A stretch of 64,000 nt of DNA. Source: Jiangellaceae bacterium (GTDB lineage Bacteria > Actinomycetota > Actinomycetes > Jiangellales > Jiangellaceae). A program made the translations under genes and the position numbers. This document shows, in pieces, positions 18,232-26,987 of this stretch. The stretch lies in the NCBI GenBank assembly GCA_036377395.1, contig DASUYL010000069.1, forward strand, positions 5,757-69,756, written 5' to 3'. How positions within the stretch are numbered: position 1 is the stretch's first letter; every line of letters starts with the position of its first letter. The notes under the pieces were generated by a model that saw only the letters and a list, made by a program, of their open reading frames with translations, did not search any database and was not told where the DNA came from.

Positions 18232-18605
18232 GTTTGGTTCCCTTCGTGTTCGAACCGTTCGAGCGCCGCGTCGATGTCGTAGCCGACCGCCAGCGCAAGC
18301 TCAGGTGCCGCCGACACGATCCGTGCGACGCCCACAGTGGGCGCTACGGAGATCAGGACGCCGACGATCTCCTCGACCGTGGCACCGGAGGCGAAAGCGG
18401 CCCCGACGACGGACTGGTACGAGGCCGGCGCGGCGTCGAGAGCCAGCAGCGCTGCGAGCCGCACCAGCGCGTGGATCTTCGGATCCAGTCCCGACGCCTC
18501 GACGTCGTCCGGGCGCATCGCCAGCACCGAGTCGATGAACTTCTCGTCGTTGAGCGCCAGGCACCGCAGCCGGCGGTGGTGCAGAAGGTCATGGTTCGAC
18601 ACCAT
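18228..18605 (-). CDS. carboxymuconolactone decarboxylase (AhpD-like) family protein
   Basis: CMD-like helical sequence (LDPKIHALVRLAALLALD...TVEEIVGVLISVAPTVG). ATGA overlap with the sulfatase start. Confidence 0.75.
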   Translation of the reverse strand: MVSNHDLLHHRRLRCLALNDEKFIDSVLAMRPDDVEASGLDPKIHALVRLAALLALDAAPASYQSVVGAAFASGATVEEIVGVLISVAPTVGVARIVSAAPELALAVGYDIDAALERFEHEGNQT

Positions 18606-18704
18606 CGCCCGACTCCTGTCGCGCTGCAGCCGCCCGGGAACGTCGATTCGGCGGTGGCCTCCATGTCACGCCACGACCTAGCGGCGGCGCATCACCCGGA
18701 CCGG

Positions 18705-21032
18705 ATGAAAGGGGCGGTCCGAACCTTTGCGAGTTGGTACCGTGCCCGGGTGAGCGGCCCGCCTCCACGGCGCGCCACACCTAACCGCGGGGGGGCGCCG
18801 GCACGATCAGCGAACGTGACGTTCGGCGTCATCGAGTCCAAGCTCCATCCGCCGCCGACGCGCGCCGGCACCGTGCCTCGTGCCGCCTTGGTCGACCGGC
18901 TCACCGGCTCGTCCGCGCCTGTCGTCGCCATCGTCGCCCCGCCGGGATACGGGAAGACGACACTGCTCGCCGAGTGGCAGGAGACCGAGTCCAGGGCAGT
19001 CGTGTGGATCTCGCTCGACAGCGGAGACAACGACCCGGTCGTGCTGACGACCCACCTGGCCACCGCCCTCGACCGCATCGAGTCTCTCGGCCCACCGGTG
19101 TTCGCCGCTCTCTCGTCCACGGGCACGTCGGTGATCTCCACGGTGTTGCCCCGGCTGGGTGCGGCCATCGCCGCCATGTCCCGACCGGTCGTCCTGCTCC
19201 TCGACGATCTCCACGTCGTGAATGACCAGGTGAGTCTCGACGTCGTCGCCGAGATCGCCGAACGGCTCCCACCGGGTTCCCAGTTGGCGGTGACCTCCCG
19301 CGTCGTGCCGGATCTTCCCCTGGCCCGGCTGCGGGCCCGTGGCGCTCTGGCCGAGGTCGGCGCCTCCGACCTGGCGTTGGATGCCGTCGCGGCGCGGACA
19401 CTGATGCGCAGCGCGGGAGTCGACCTGCCGGACCCGGCGGTGGCGGAGCTGACCCGACGGACCGAGGGTTGGCCGACCGGGCTGTACCTCGCCGCGCTGT
19501 CCGTCCAGGCCCGCGGGCACAACAAGGTCCAGGCCATCGCGTTTCGTGGCGACGACCGGTTCGTCGCCGACTACGTGCGGTCGGAGATCCTCACCGGGCT
19601 GCCCGACGACCTCGTACGCTTTCTCGTCCTCTCCGCGGTACTCGACCGGATGTGCGGGTCGCTGTGCGACGCCGTTGTCCGCCGCACGGGGTCGGCAGGG
19701 CTTCTACGGTCGATCGAGAGGTCCAACCTTCTTCTCGTTCCGCTCGATCACCACCGCGAGTGGTACCGCTACCACCATCTGCTCCGTGACGTGTTGCTCG
19801 CCGAACTTGACTCGAGGGAGCCCGGCCTGGCGCCGATACTCCACCGCCGGGCGGCGGACTGGTTCGAGGCGAACGGGTTTGCCGAGGAGGCCTTTCACCA
19901 TGCTCACGCGGGCGGAGAGGACGATCGGGCCGCGCAGCTTCTGGAGCAGCTGGCACTGCCGCTGAACCGGACCGGCCGGCTCAAGACGATGCAGGGCTGG
20001 CTTGACCAGCTCGGGGAGGTCGCCATCGGGCGTCATCCGTCGCTGGCGGTGCTGGCCGGATGGAGCGCTGCGTTGTCCGGTGACGTGATCGGCGCCACGT
20101 GGTGGGCGGAGCTCGCCGAACGCAGCCCCGTCGTCGAGGCTTCGGCCGACGGCGGAACGTCGCCCGATTCGAGACTGCACCTCCTCAACGCCATGACCTG
20201 CCGACATGGTGTCGACCGGATGAGAAAGGATGCCGAGATCGCCGTCCGGCTCGAGTCCGAGCGCAGCCCCTGGCATCCGCCGGCGCTCGCCCTACAGGGA
20301 GTGGCCCTCCTGCTCACCGGCGACCTGGACAAGGCCGACGACGTCCTCTCCGACGCGGTCGAGTCGGCCGAGCGTGCCGGCGCAGGGCCGGCGGCATCGA
20401 TCGCCCTTGCGGAGCGCTCCCTGCTGGCCATGGCCCGAAGCGACTGGCACGCGGCGCGCCGTCTCGCCGATCGCGCCCTGGCCACCGTGGAGGCCGGCCA
20501 TCTCCACGACTACATGGTCAGCTCGATCACGTTCGCCACCGTCGCCCGGGTCGCTCTCCATCACGGCGACGTTGCCGCCGCCAAGAGGGAGGTCATCCGG
20601 TCTCAGCGGTTGCGGCCGCTGCTCACGCGTGCCGTTCCCTGGCTCTCCGTCCAGACGATGGCCGAGCTCGCCCGGGTGCAGTTCGCCCTCGCCGATCGAG
20701 CGGGCGCGTGGATGCTGCTGTCCGACGCGCGCGACATCGTCGGCAGGTTGCCCGATCTCGGCGTACTCGGTGAACAGCTCGGCGATGTCCGGCGCCGGCT
20801 CGAGCTCCTCCGCGGTGGTGACCTCCCCGGCCCCACCGCCCTGACCGCTGCCGAACTGCGACTGCTGGCGTACCTGCCGACGCACCTGTCCTTCCGCGAG
20901 ATCGGCGAACGCCTCTTCGTGTCGACCAACACCGTCAAGACGCACGCCATCTCGATCTATCGCAAGCTGGGCGTCTCATCTCGAACCGATGCGGTGGTGA
21001 GAGCCCGCGACATAGGGCTGCTGGAGGCATGA
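18705..21032 (+). CDS. MalT/LAL-type LuxR-family transcriptional regulator (P-loop NTPase + helical repeats + LuxR HTH)
   Basis: Walker A APPGYGKTTLL, a long helical repeat region, and a C-terminal LSFREIGERLFVSTNTVKTHAISIYRKLGV HTH. The start is uncertain (ATG 18705 or GTG 18816). Confidence 0.85.
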   Translation: MKGAVRTFASWYRARVSGPPPRRATPNRGGAPARSANVTFGVIESKLHPPPTRAGTVPRAALVDRLTGSSAPVVAIVAPPGYGKTTLLAEWQETESRAVVWISLDSGDNDPVVLTTHLATALDRIESLGPPVFAALSSTGTSVISTVLPRLGAAIAAMSRPVVLLLDDLHVVNDQVSLDVVAEIAERLPPGSQLAVTSRVVPDLPLARLRARGALAEVGASDLALDAVAARTLMRSAGVDLPDPAVAELTRRTEGWPTGLYLAALSVQARGHNKVQAIAFRGDDRFVADYVRSEILTGLPDDLVRFLVLSAVLDRMCGSLCDAVVRRTGSAGLLRSIERSNLLLVPLDHHREWYRYHHLLRDVLLAELDSREPGLAPILHRRAADWFEANGFAEEAFHHAHAGGEDDRAAQLLEQLALPLNRTGRLKTMQGWLDQLGEVAIGRHPSLAVLAGWSAALSGDVIGATWWAELAERSPVVEASADGGTSPDSRLHLLNAMTCRHGVDRMRKDAEIAVRLESERSPWHPPALALQGVALLLTGDLDKADDVLSDAVESAERAGAGPAASIALAERSLLAMARSDWHAARRLADRALATVEAGHLHDYMVSSITFATVARVALHHGDVAAAKREVIRSQRLRPLLTRAVPWLSVQTMAELARVQFALADRAGAWMLLSDARDIVGRLPDLGVLGEQLGDVRRRLELLRGGDLPGPTALTAAELRLLAYLPTHLSFREIGERLFVSTNTVKTHAISIYRKLGVSSRTDAVVRARDIGLLEA

Positions 21033-21041
21033 CCGGCGGTG

Positions 21042-21911
21042 CTACCCGGACGTCGCCTCCTGGGCCGACGGCGACAGCACCCAGCGGGCGGCCAGGGCTA
21101 CTGCGAGCGGAAGCAGCGCCGACATGACGCCGTAGGTGACGACCGCGACGCTCACCGCCGGGACCGTGGAGAACGACGTGCGTGCAATGCCGAGGGCGAG
21201 TGCGTTGGCGCGCACGCCGGTGACGAGCGCGACCGCGGCCCGCGTGGCACGAGCGGGTCCGCCGGCGAGCCAACCGAGGACCAGGGCGGCAGCGACAGCC
21301 AGCAGAACCAGGGGAACGATGCCCGCGGCGAAGGCCTCCCTCAGCGTGGAGACGTTCCGACCGACCACCAGAACGATCACCACGACCAGCAGTACGTTCG
21401 ACAGGACGATCGCCCTCGGCGCCCATCGTTGCGCCGACTGCGGCCATCGGGTCCGCGTGGCCATGCCGAGGGCGAGCGGAAGGAGGACGAACACCGCGAG
21501 CGTGGCGACCAGTTCACCGAGCGGAACGACGACACCGGGCGGCATCAGCAGCGCGACCCAGACCGGAATAGCCAGCGCGTTGGCCGCCTCCAGAACGGCG
21601 ACCAGCGACACGGCGCCGGCCACGTCGGCACCCGCGATCTGCGCTGCCTTGATGCCCAGCGGCCCTGCCGAGGCGAACCCGATCAGGAGCAGTCCGATCG
21701 CGTAGTCCGTCGGGATCGAAAGCATGTGGACGAGTGCCCAGACGATCAGGGGTATCCCGGCCACGTCGAGAATGACCACCCGGGCCACGAGTCCGGCCTG
21801 CCGCAGCGGCGCGAGCAGTTCCGGCAGTCCGAACGACATGCCGATGCCGATGCCAGTCGACCACAGGGTCAGCAGCAGGACGCCGTCGGACAAGCGGTCG
21901 AGAAGGCCCAC
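21042..21911 (-). CDS. bile acid:sodium symporter (BASS/ACR3-like) family transporter
   Basis: Polytopic protein with BASS-like segments (LLLIGFASAGPLGIKAAQIAG...VTGVRANALALGIA). GTG start at 21911. Confidence 0.75.
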   Translation of the reverse strand: MGLLDRLSDGVLLLTLWSTGIGIGMSFGLPELLAPLRQAGLVARVVILDVAGIPLIVWALVHMLSIPTDYAIGLLLIGFASAGPLGIKAAQIAGADVAGAVSLVAVLEAANALAIPVWVALLMPPGVVVPLGELVATLAVFVLLPLALGMATRTRWPQSAQRWAPRAIVLSNVLLVVVIVLVVGRNVSTLREAFAAGIVPLVLLAVAAALVLGWLAGGPARATRAAVALVTGVRANALALGIARTSFSTVPAVSVAVVTYGVMSALLPLAVALAARWVLSPSAQEATSG

Positions 21912-22124
21912 GGCCTCACGGTAGAGGGGTCGGGCGCCACCACGGACTGGATTCGACCCGAACGACGATCCGCCGCGACACACCGCTGCCCGTTCGCGAA
22001 GATCGTCGTGCACGCTCTTGCAGGGTTCCGAGCGGAGCTGTTCCGCACGACGATCTTCACGGCAGCCACGGCCGGGGGTGTCGCTCCCGTAGGCTGGACG
22101 GCCGCCGACCATGGTGAGGACCAC

Positions 22125-22538
22125 ATGCCGCCTGCCGCAGAGCCTGCCCGCGACTTCATCGACCTGATCGGCCTCGAACTCGACGACGTCTCGGCTGATC
22201 GGGTGACCGCGCACCTGACGGTCCGGCCGGAGCTCTACCAGCCCTTCGGGATCCTGCATGGCGGCGTCCACTGCGCCATCGTGGAGACGCTCGCCAGCGT
22301 CGCGGCCTCGGTCTGGTTCGGCGAGGACGGGCACGTCGTCGGCGTTGCCAACCAGACCGACTTCCTCCGCGCGGTCCACTCGGGTGAGCTGAGGGCGGAG
22401 GCGGTGCCGGTGTTCCGTGGCCGCACCCAGCAACTGTGGTCGGTCCAGATCTGGGACGAGGACGAACGGCTGGCGGCTCGCGGCCAGGTGCGCCTGCAGA
22501 ATGTCCGGTCGACCGCCGACCTCGGACGCCCGGCGTAG
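22125..22538 (+). CDS. PaaI-family hotdog-fold thioesterase
   Basis: The GILHGGVHCAIVETLASVAA motif and its length of 137 aa. Confidence 0.85.
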   Translation: MPPAAEPARDFIDLIGLELDDVSADRVTAHLTVRPELYQPFGILHGGVHCAIVETLASVAASVWFGEDGHVVGVANQTDFLRAVHSGELRAEAVPVFRGRTQQLWSVQIWDEDERLAARGQVRLQNVRSTADLGRPA

Positions 22539-22548
22539 CGGTCCGCCC

Positions 22549-23928
22549 ATGGCCCAACCTGGTGGATCGAACGGCCCGCTGCGTGTCGCGGTCATCGGGG
22601 CCGGGCCGGCCGGGATCTACGCGACGGGGGCACTGCTGGCCGCGCCGGAACCGGTCAACGTCGACGTGTTCGAAGCGCTGCCGGTGCCGTTCGGGTTGGT
22701 TCGCTACGGAGTCGCCCCCGACCATCCCAAGATCAAGTCGGTGTCCGCCGTGCTTGCCGAGATTCTCGGCTCGCCGCAGGCGCGGTTCCTCGGCAACGTC
22801 AGCTACGGCACCGACCTCACCGCCGACGACATCGCCCGCCACTACCACGCGGTCATCCATGCCACCGGCTCGGCGAACGAGCGCAGCCTGGGCGTTCCGG
22901 GCGAGCAACTCGCCGGAAGCTTCGCCGCCGCCGACTTCGTCGCCTGGTACAACGGCCATCCGTCTGCCAGGGCCCAGGCATTCCTGGCGGCACGCGAAGC
23001 TGTGGTGGTCGGCGCCGGCAACGTGGCACTCGACGTCGCCCGCATGCTCGTCACCGGAGCCGAGGCGCTGGCCGCGACCGACATCCCGGACCACGTGCTC
23101 GAGGCCTGGCGGTCGACGGCCGTCACCGACGTGCACCTGCTCGCCCGCCGGGGGCCTGCGTACGCGAAGTTCACGACGCCGGAATTGCGCGAGATGGCCG
23201 ACCTCGAGGGGGTCGACCTCGTCGTCGACGCCGCCGACCTCGAGCTCGACGCGGCGAGCGAACTCGTCGTCGGCATGAACCGCGTCGCTCGGCGGAACGT
23301 CGACGTCCTCCGCGGATGGGCCGATCGGCAGCCGTCCGGAGCGCCGCGCCGGGTCCATTTCAGGTTTTGGACCCGACCGGTCGAGATCCTCGGATCAGAC
23401 CACGTCGAGGGCGTTGCGGTCGAACGGACTGCCATCGACGCCGACGGAGCCCTCGTCGGCTCCGGCCGACAGGAACGCCTGCCGGCACAGGCCGTCTTCC
23501 GGGCAGTCGGGTACGCGGGCCGGTCGCTGCAGGGGCTTCCGTTCGACGACGTCTCCGCTGTCGTGCCGAGCGTCGAAGGCCGCGTGACCGGGGCCGACCG
23601 GGCCGGCACATACGTCACCGGCTGGATCAAGCGAGGACCGACGGGGGTGATCGGCACGAACAAGAGTGATGCGGCGCAGACGGTGCGGTCGCTGCTCGCG
23701 GACGCTCCCCGCCTGCCACGGCCGCCGGAACCCGATCCCGACGCGGTGACAGCGCTGCTCGACAGCCGGGGCGTGAGGTACCTCGACTGGGACCAGTGGC
23801 TGCTGCTCGACGCGTACGAGACGGCGGAGGGCGCCAGGCGCGGGCGGCCACGACTCAAGGTGTGCAGCGTCGAAGACATGCTGGCCATCGCCCACCAGGG
23901 CGAGGACGAGGCGGCCTCGACCGGGTGA
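22549..23928 (+). CDS. fprA: ferredoxin--NADP+ reductase, adrenodoxin-reductase type
   Basis: VAVIGAGPAGIYA FAD motif, FGLVRYGVAPDHPKIK, and a second Rossmann motif VVVGAGNVALDVARML. Confidence 0.9.
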   Translation: MAQPGGSNGPLRVAVIGAGPAGIYATGALLAAPEPVNVDVFEALPVPFGLVRYGVAPDHPKIKSVSAVLAEILGSPQARFLGNVSYGTDLTADDIARHYHAVIHATGSANERSLGVPGEQLAGSFAAADFVAWYNGHPSARAQAFLAAREAVVVGAGNVALDVARMLVTGAEALAATDIPDHVLEAWRSTAVTDVHLLARRGPAYAKFTTPELREMADLEGVDLVVDAADLELDAASELVVGMNRVARRNVDVLRGWADRQPSGAPRRVHFRFWTRPVEILGSDHVEGVAVERTAIDADGALVGSGRQERLPAQAVFRAVGYAGRSLQGLPFDDVSAVVPSVEGRVTGADRAGTYVTGWIKRGPTGVIGTNKSDAAQTVRSLLADAPRLPRPPEPDPDAVTALLDSRGVRYLDWDQWLLLDAYETAEGARRGRPRLKVCSVEDMLAIAHQGEDEAASTG

Positions 23929-23973
23929 GCCGGCAGGAACACGGCGCAAGGCCGATCTCGCTCGTCCTGAGCC

Positions 23974-24336
23974 TCAGCGGCGCAGCAGATCGGCGAGGAC
24001 GGCCGCTGCGCTGATCTCGGGATCCTTGGTGGCCGTCAGCAGCGTCAGTGGCTCATGGTCGGCGACGTCACGCAGATGCTACACTTCGTCAGCCCGCTCG
24101 GGTTCTTCGAGTTCGGCTCGGTAGCGGCGAGTGAACTCCTCGAATTTCACCGGGTCGTGGCCGTACCACCGTCGCAGGTCGGTCGACGGGGCGACAACCT
24201 TGCACCACTCGCTGAGCTCGGCCCTGTCCTTGGTCAGGCCGCGCGGCCAGATACGGTCGACCAGCACGCGCTGGCCGTCCCGGTCGGACGGCTCGTCGTA
24301 GACGCGGCGGATCCGAACGTTCCGCTTGCACGACAT
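23974..24336 (-). pseudogene. DUF488 family gene interrupted by an in-frame TAG (plus-strand cta at 24079-24081)
   Basis: N-terminal part RVYDEPSDRDGQRVLVDRIWPRGLTKDRAELSEWCKVVAPSTDLRRWYGHDP...ERADEV, then TAG. The same frame continues HLRDVADHEPLTLLTATKDPEISAAAVLADLLRR to the TGA at 23974-23976, which is the normal DUF488 C-terminus. Confidence 0.7.
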
Positions 24337-24346
24337 GGCAGCGTCG

Positions 24347-25039
24347 TCACGGGCGCAGTTCCACACAACACTCGCCCGGACGCGGGGCGAGCGTCGCGTT
24401 GACCGTGCTGTTGCCGAGTCCGCGGAGCAGACCGTCGATCAGCTCGCGGTTCATCCCGCACACCAACTCGCGCTGCCGGGCAGCGAGGGGGTGGAACGGG
24501 CAGTTACGCATGCGCACGGACAGGTCGTCGTCGCGGTAGGGCTCGTAGCCGATGCGCTCGAGCACGCCGCAGGCCAGGTGCAGCGCCCGTTCGGCACCGG
24601 TGCGGTTCAGGCGACGCCCGGTGCGCTCGGCCGTGCCGAGTTCGATGCCGCGATGCCTGGCACCGAGCCGCGCAGCCTCCTGGGCGGTGCCGGTGACGGC
24701 TTCCGTGGCCAGGGCGTCGACAAGGACCTCGCCGAGCAGGTCGAGCCGCCGTTCCGGGATGGAGATGCTCAGCTCTGTGTCAGTGGGCCGGTAGACCTTC
24801 GGCGCCCGGCCCGGGCCCCGGCGCGATCCCGACGGCGTTGTCTGCCGTTCGGTTTGCAGTAGGCCGGCCTCGACCAGCTTCTCCAGGTGGAAGGCGGCCA
24901 GCTTGCGGGATATCCCCGCCTGCGCCGCGGCCTCGTCCCGAGTCACGGGACGGGCCCGACGGCGGATGTAGTCGTACATGATCCTGCGCGAGTCCTCCGC
25001 GAGCACCGCCACCGCGGCCACCGGCTGAGAATCACTCAT
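24347..25039 (-). CDS. winged-helix (ArsR/HTH_20-like) transcriptional regulator with a Cys-containing C-terminal domain
   Basis: N-terminal RRIMYDYIRR...VTRDEAAAQAGISRKLAAFHLEKLVEAGLL HTH. C-terminal NCPFH...VCGMN...ECCVEL. Confidence 0.75.
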   Translation of the reverse strand: MSDSQPVAAVAVLAEDSRRIMYDYIRRRARPVTRDEAAAQAGISRKLAAFHLEKLVEAGLLQTERQTTPSGSRRGPGRAPKVYRPTDTELSISIPERRLDLLGEVLVDALATEAVTGTAQEAARLGARHRGIELGTAERTGRRLNRTGAERALHLACGVLERIGYEPYRDDDLSVRMRNCPFHPLAARQRELVCGMNRELIDGLLRGLGNSTVNATLAPRPGECCVELRP

Positions 25040-25127
25040 GCCACTACGTTACACCAACATATGTGCGTCAAAAGTGAGGACTGGACGGGTCTTGACAGCG
25101 CAGGCTGATTTAGACTAAGGATAGTTA

Positions 25128-25142
25128 GTGAAATTATCTCAC
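25128..25142. promoter_or_regulatory. near-perfect 15-bp palindrome GTGAAATTATCTCAC in the divergent regulator/folE intergenic region (candidate operator)
   Basis: Six of seven arm positions are complementary. It lies in the only A+T-rich patch of this intergenic region. Confidence 0.35.
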
Positions 25143-25166
25143 GGTTCGAGGAAGGCGGCAGCACCG

Positions 25167-25841
25167 GTGAGCGGTTCGGTAGTGGACTCGGATGTCATCA
25201 GCCTGCCGAGCAAGGCGATGGGATCGAGGTTCACCCCGCCGCATCGGCCCGCGTTGCGTGTCGTGCCCGAAACGGCGCCTGTCGACCTGGAGACCGCCGC
25301 CGATGCGGCCGCGCAGTTCCTGAGCGCCTTGCGCCTGGACCTGGAGGGAGACGGCCTGGCTGAGACTCCGCGGCGGATGGCCGCCGCTTACGCGGAGATG
25401 CTCGCACCGCGCCCGTTCAGGCTCACGACCTTCCCCAACGACGAGGGCTACGACGGGCTGGTACTGGCCCGGTCCATCCCCGTGCAGTCGGTCTGCGAGC
25501 ACCACCTGCTGCCCTTCGTCGGCACTGCTCATGTCGGGTACCTGCCGGGAAAGCGGATCCTGGGCCTGTCCAAGCTTGCCCGCGTCGTCGAGCTGTTCGC
25601 CCGACGCCCGCAGGTGCAGGAGCGGCTGACAAAGCAGGTTGCCGAGTGGTTGCAGACCCATCTGGAGCCGCGCGGGGTGGGAGTGGTTGTCGAAGCCGAG
25701 CACCTGTGTATGACGCTGCGCGGCGTCCGCGCCGCAGCGTCGACCACGGTCACCTCGACGCTGCACGGGCTGCTCCGTGATGACGCGCGGTCCCGCAGTG
25801 AGTTCCTCGCGCTGGCCCTACCCGATGGGAGCGTCGGATGA
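25167..25841 (+). CDS. folE: GTP cyclohydrolase I
   Basis: QSVCEHHLLPFVGTAHVGYLP and RRPQVQERLT signatures. The start is uncertain (GTG 25167 with GAGGAAGG upstream; alternatives are GTG 25128 and ATG 25218). Confidence 0.9.
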   Translation: MSGSVVDSDVISLPSKAMGSRFTPPHRPALRVVPETAPVDLETAADAAAQFLSALRLDLEGDGLAETPRRMAAAYAEMLAPRPFRLTTFPNDEGYDGLVLARSIPVQSVCEHHLLPFVGTAHVGYLPGKRILGLSKLARVVELFARRPQVQERLTKQVAEWLQTHLEPRGVGVVVEAEHLCMTLRGVRAAASTTVTSTLHGLLRDDARSRSEFLALALPDGSVG

Positions 25842-26980
25842 CCGGCCCGCTGGATGCCCTCACCGCGGCGGGCGTATCGATCTGGCTCGACGACCTCAGC
25901 AGGGCCCGCCTGGACGGCGGCGAACTGGCCCGGTTGGTCGCCGAGTGCCGCGTGACAGGGGTGACGACCAACCCGACCATCTTCGCCGCCGCCGTCGCGG
26001 CCGGCGACCTCTACGACGAGCAACTGCGCGCGTTGGCTGCGCGAGCGGTGACGGTCGACGAAGCCCTGCGCCAACTGACCACGGATGACGTTCGTGCGGC
26101 TGCCGACGTGCTGAGGCCCGTGTACGACGACAGTGGTGGCCGCGACGGGTACGTATCCATCGAGGTCGATCCCCGCCTCGCGCACGAGACCGAGCGGACC
26201 GTCGCCGAGGCCCGCCTCCTGTGGCAGCAGGTGGACCGACCGAACCTGTTCGTCAAGATCCCGGCCACGCCCGCCGGCCTGCCGGCCATCAGCACCTGTC
26301 TCGCCGACGGGATCAACATCAACGTCACCCTGCTGTTCGGTCTGGACCGCTACGACCAGGTGATCGACGCCTTCCTGGACGGGATGGAGGCCGCGCACCG
26401 GGCCGGGCACGGCCTGTCACGCATCGCCTCGGTGGCGTCGTTGTTCGTCAGTCGGCTCGACACCGCGGTCGACACGCTGTTGGACGGACTCGCGACGGCG
26501 GAGGCACGGCAGCTTCGTGGCAAGGCGGCCCTGGCGAATGCTCATCTGGCCGCCGAGCACCATCGGCGTGCGTTCTCATCCGACCGATGGGTGGCCCTGG
26601 CCGCGGCAGGCGCTCGGCCGCAGCGACTGCTGTGGGCCAGCACGGGGGTCAAGGACCCCGCCTACGACGACACCCGTTACGTCACCGGACTGGTCACCCC
26701 CGACACCATCGCCACGATGCCGGAGGCCACGCTGCGAGCGGTCGCCCACCATGGCCGGATCACCGGCGACACGGTCGTGGGTCATGCCGAGCAGGCCCAT
26801 GAGGTGCTGAGCGCCCTGGCCGGAATCGGCATTCGCTACGCCGAGATCGTCCGGCAACTCGAGGACGACGGGGTGGCCGCCTTCGAGACCAGTTGGGACC
26901 GGCTCAGCGGTCAGGTCGCAGACAAGCTCGACCGGTTCCGCGCCACGGCCCACCATGCATCCCCCACGCGGAGAGGGTGA
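25838..26980 (+). CDS. tal: transaldolase (actinobacterial long form)
   Basis: GVSIWLDDLSR...VTGVTTNPTIF...FVKIPAT motifs. ATGA overlap with folE. Confidence 0.9.
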   Translation: MTGPLDALTAAGVSIWLDDLSRARLDGGELARLVAECRVTGVTTNPTIFAAAVAAGDLYDEQLRALAARAVTVDEALRQLTTDDVRAAADVLRPVYDDSGGRDGYVSIEVDPRLAHETERTVAEARLLWQQVDRPNLFVKIPATPAGLPAISTCLADGININVTLLFGLDRYDQVIDAFLDGMEAAHRAGHGLSRIASVASLFVSRLDTAVDTLLDGLATAEARQLRGKAALANAHLAAEHHRRAFSSDRWVALAAAGARPQRLLWASTGVKDPAYDDTRYVTGLVTPDTIATMPEATLRAVAHHGRITGDTVVGHAEQAHEVLSALAGIGIRYAEIVRQLEDDGVAAFETSWDRLSGQVADKLDRFRATAHHASPTRRG

Positions 26981-26987
26981 GTAAGCC

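Noticed and set aside
18114-18704. 5' extension of the LuxR-family ORF back to 18114
   Set aside because: It would overlap the sulfatase start and the whole CMD gene on the other strand, and it translates to Arg-rich junk. The recognisable protein begins near 18705-18816.
21039-22124. N-terminal 360 residues of the 499-aa plus-strand ORF that ends as the PaaI thioesterase
   Set aside because: This part is highly charged low-complexity sequence that overlaps the BASS transporter gene on the opposite strand. The thioesterase domain begins at the ATG at 22125.
25092-25116. TTGACA (25092-25097) and TAGACT (25111-25116) as a sigma-70-type promoter for folE
   Set aside because: The spacer is only 13 nt, far from the optimal 16-18 nt. 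I could not find a better-spaced -10 element, so no promoter is called.
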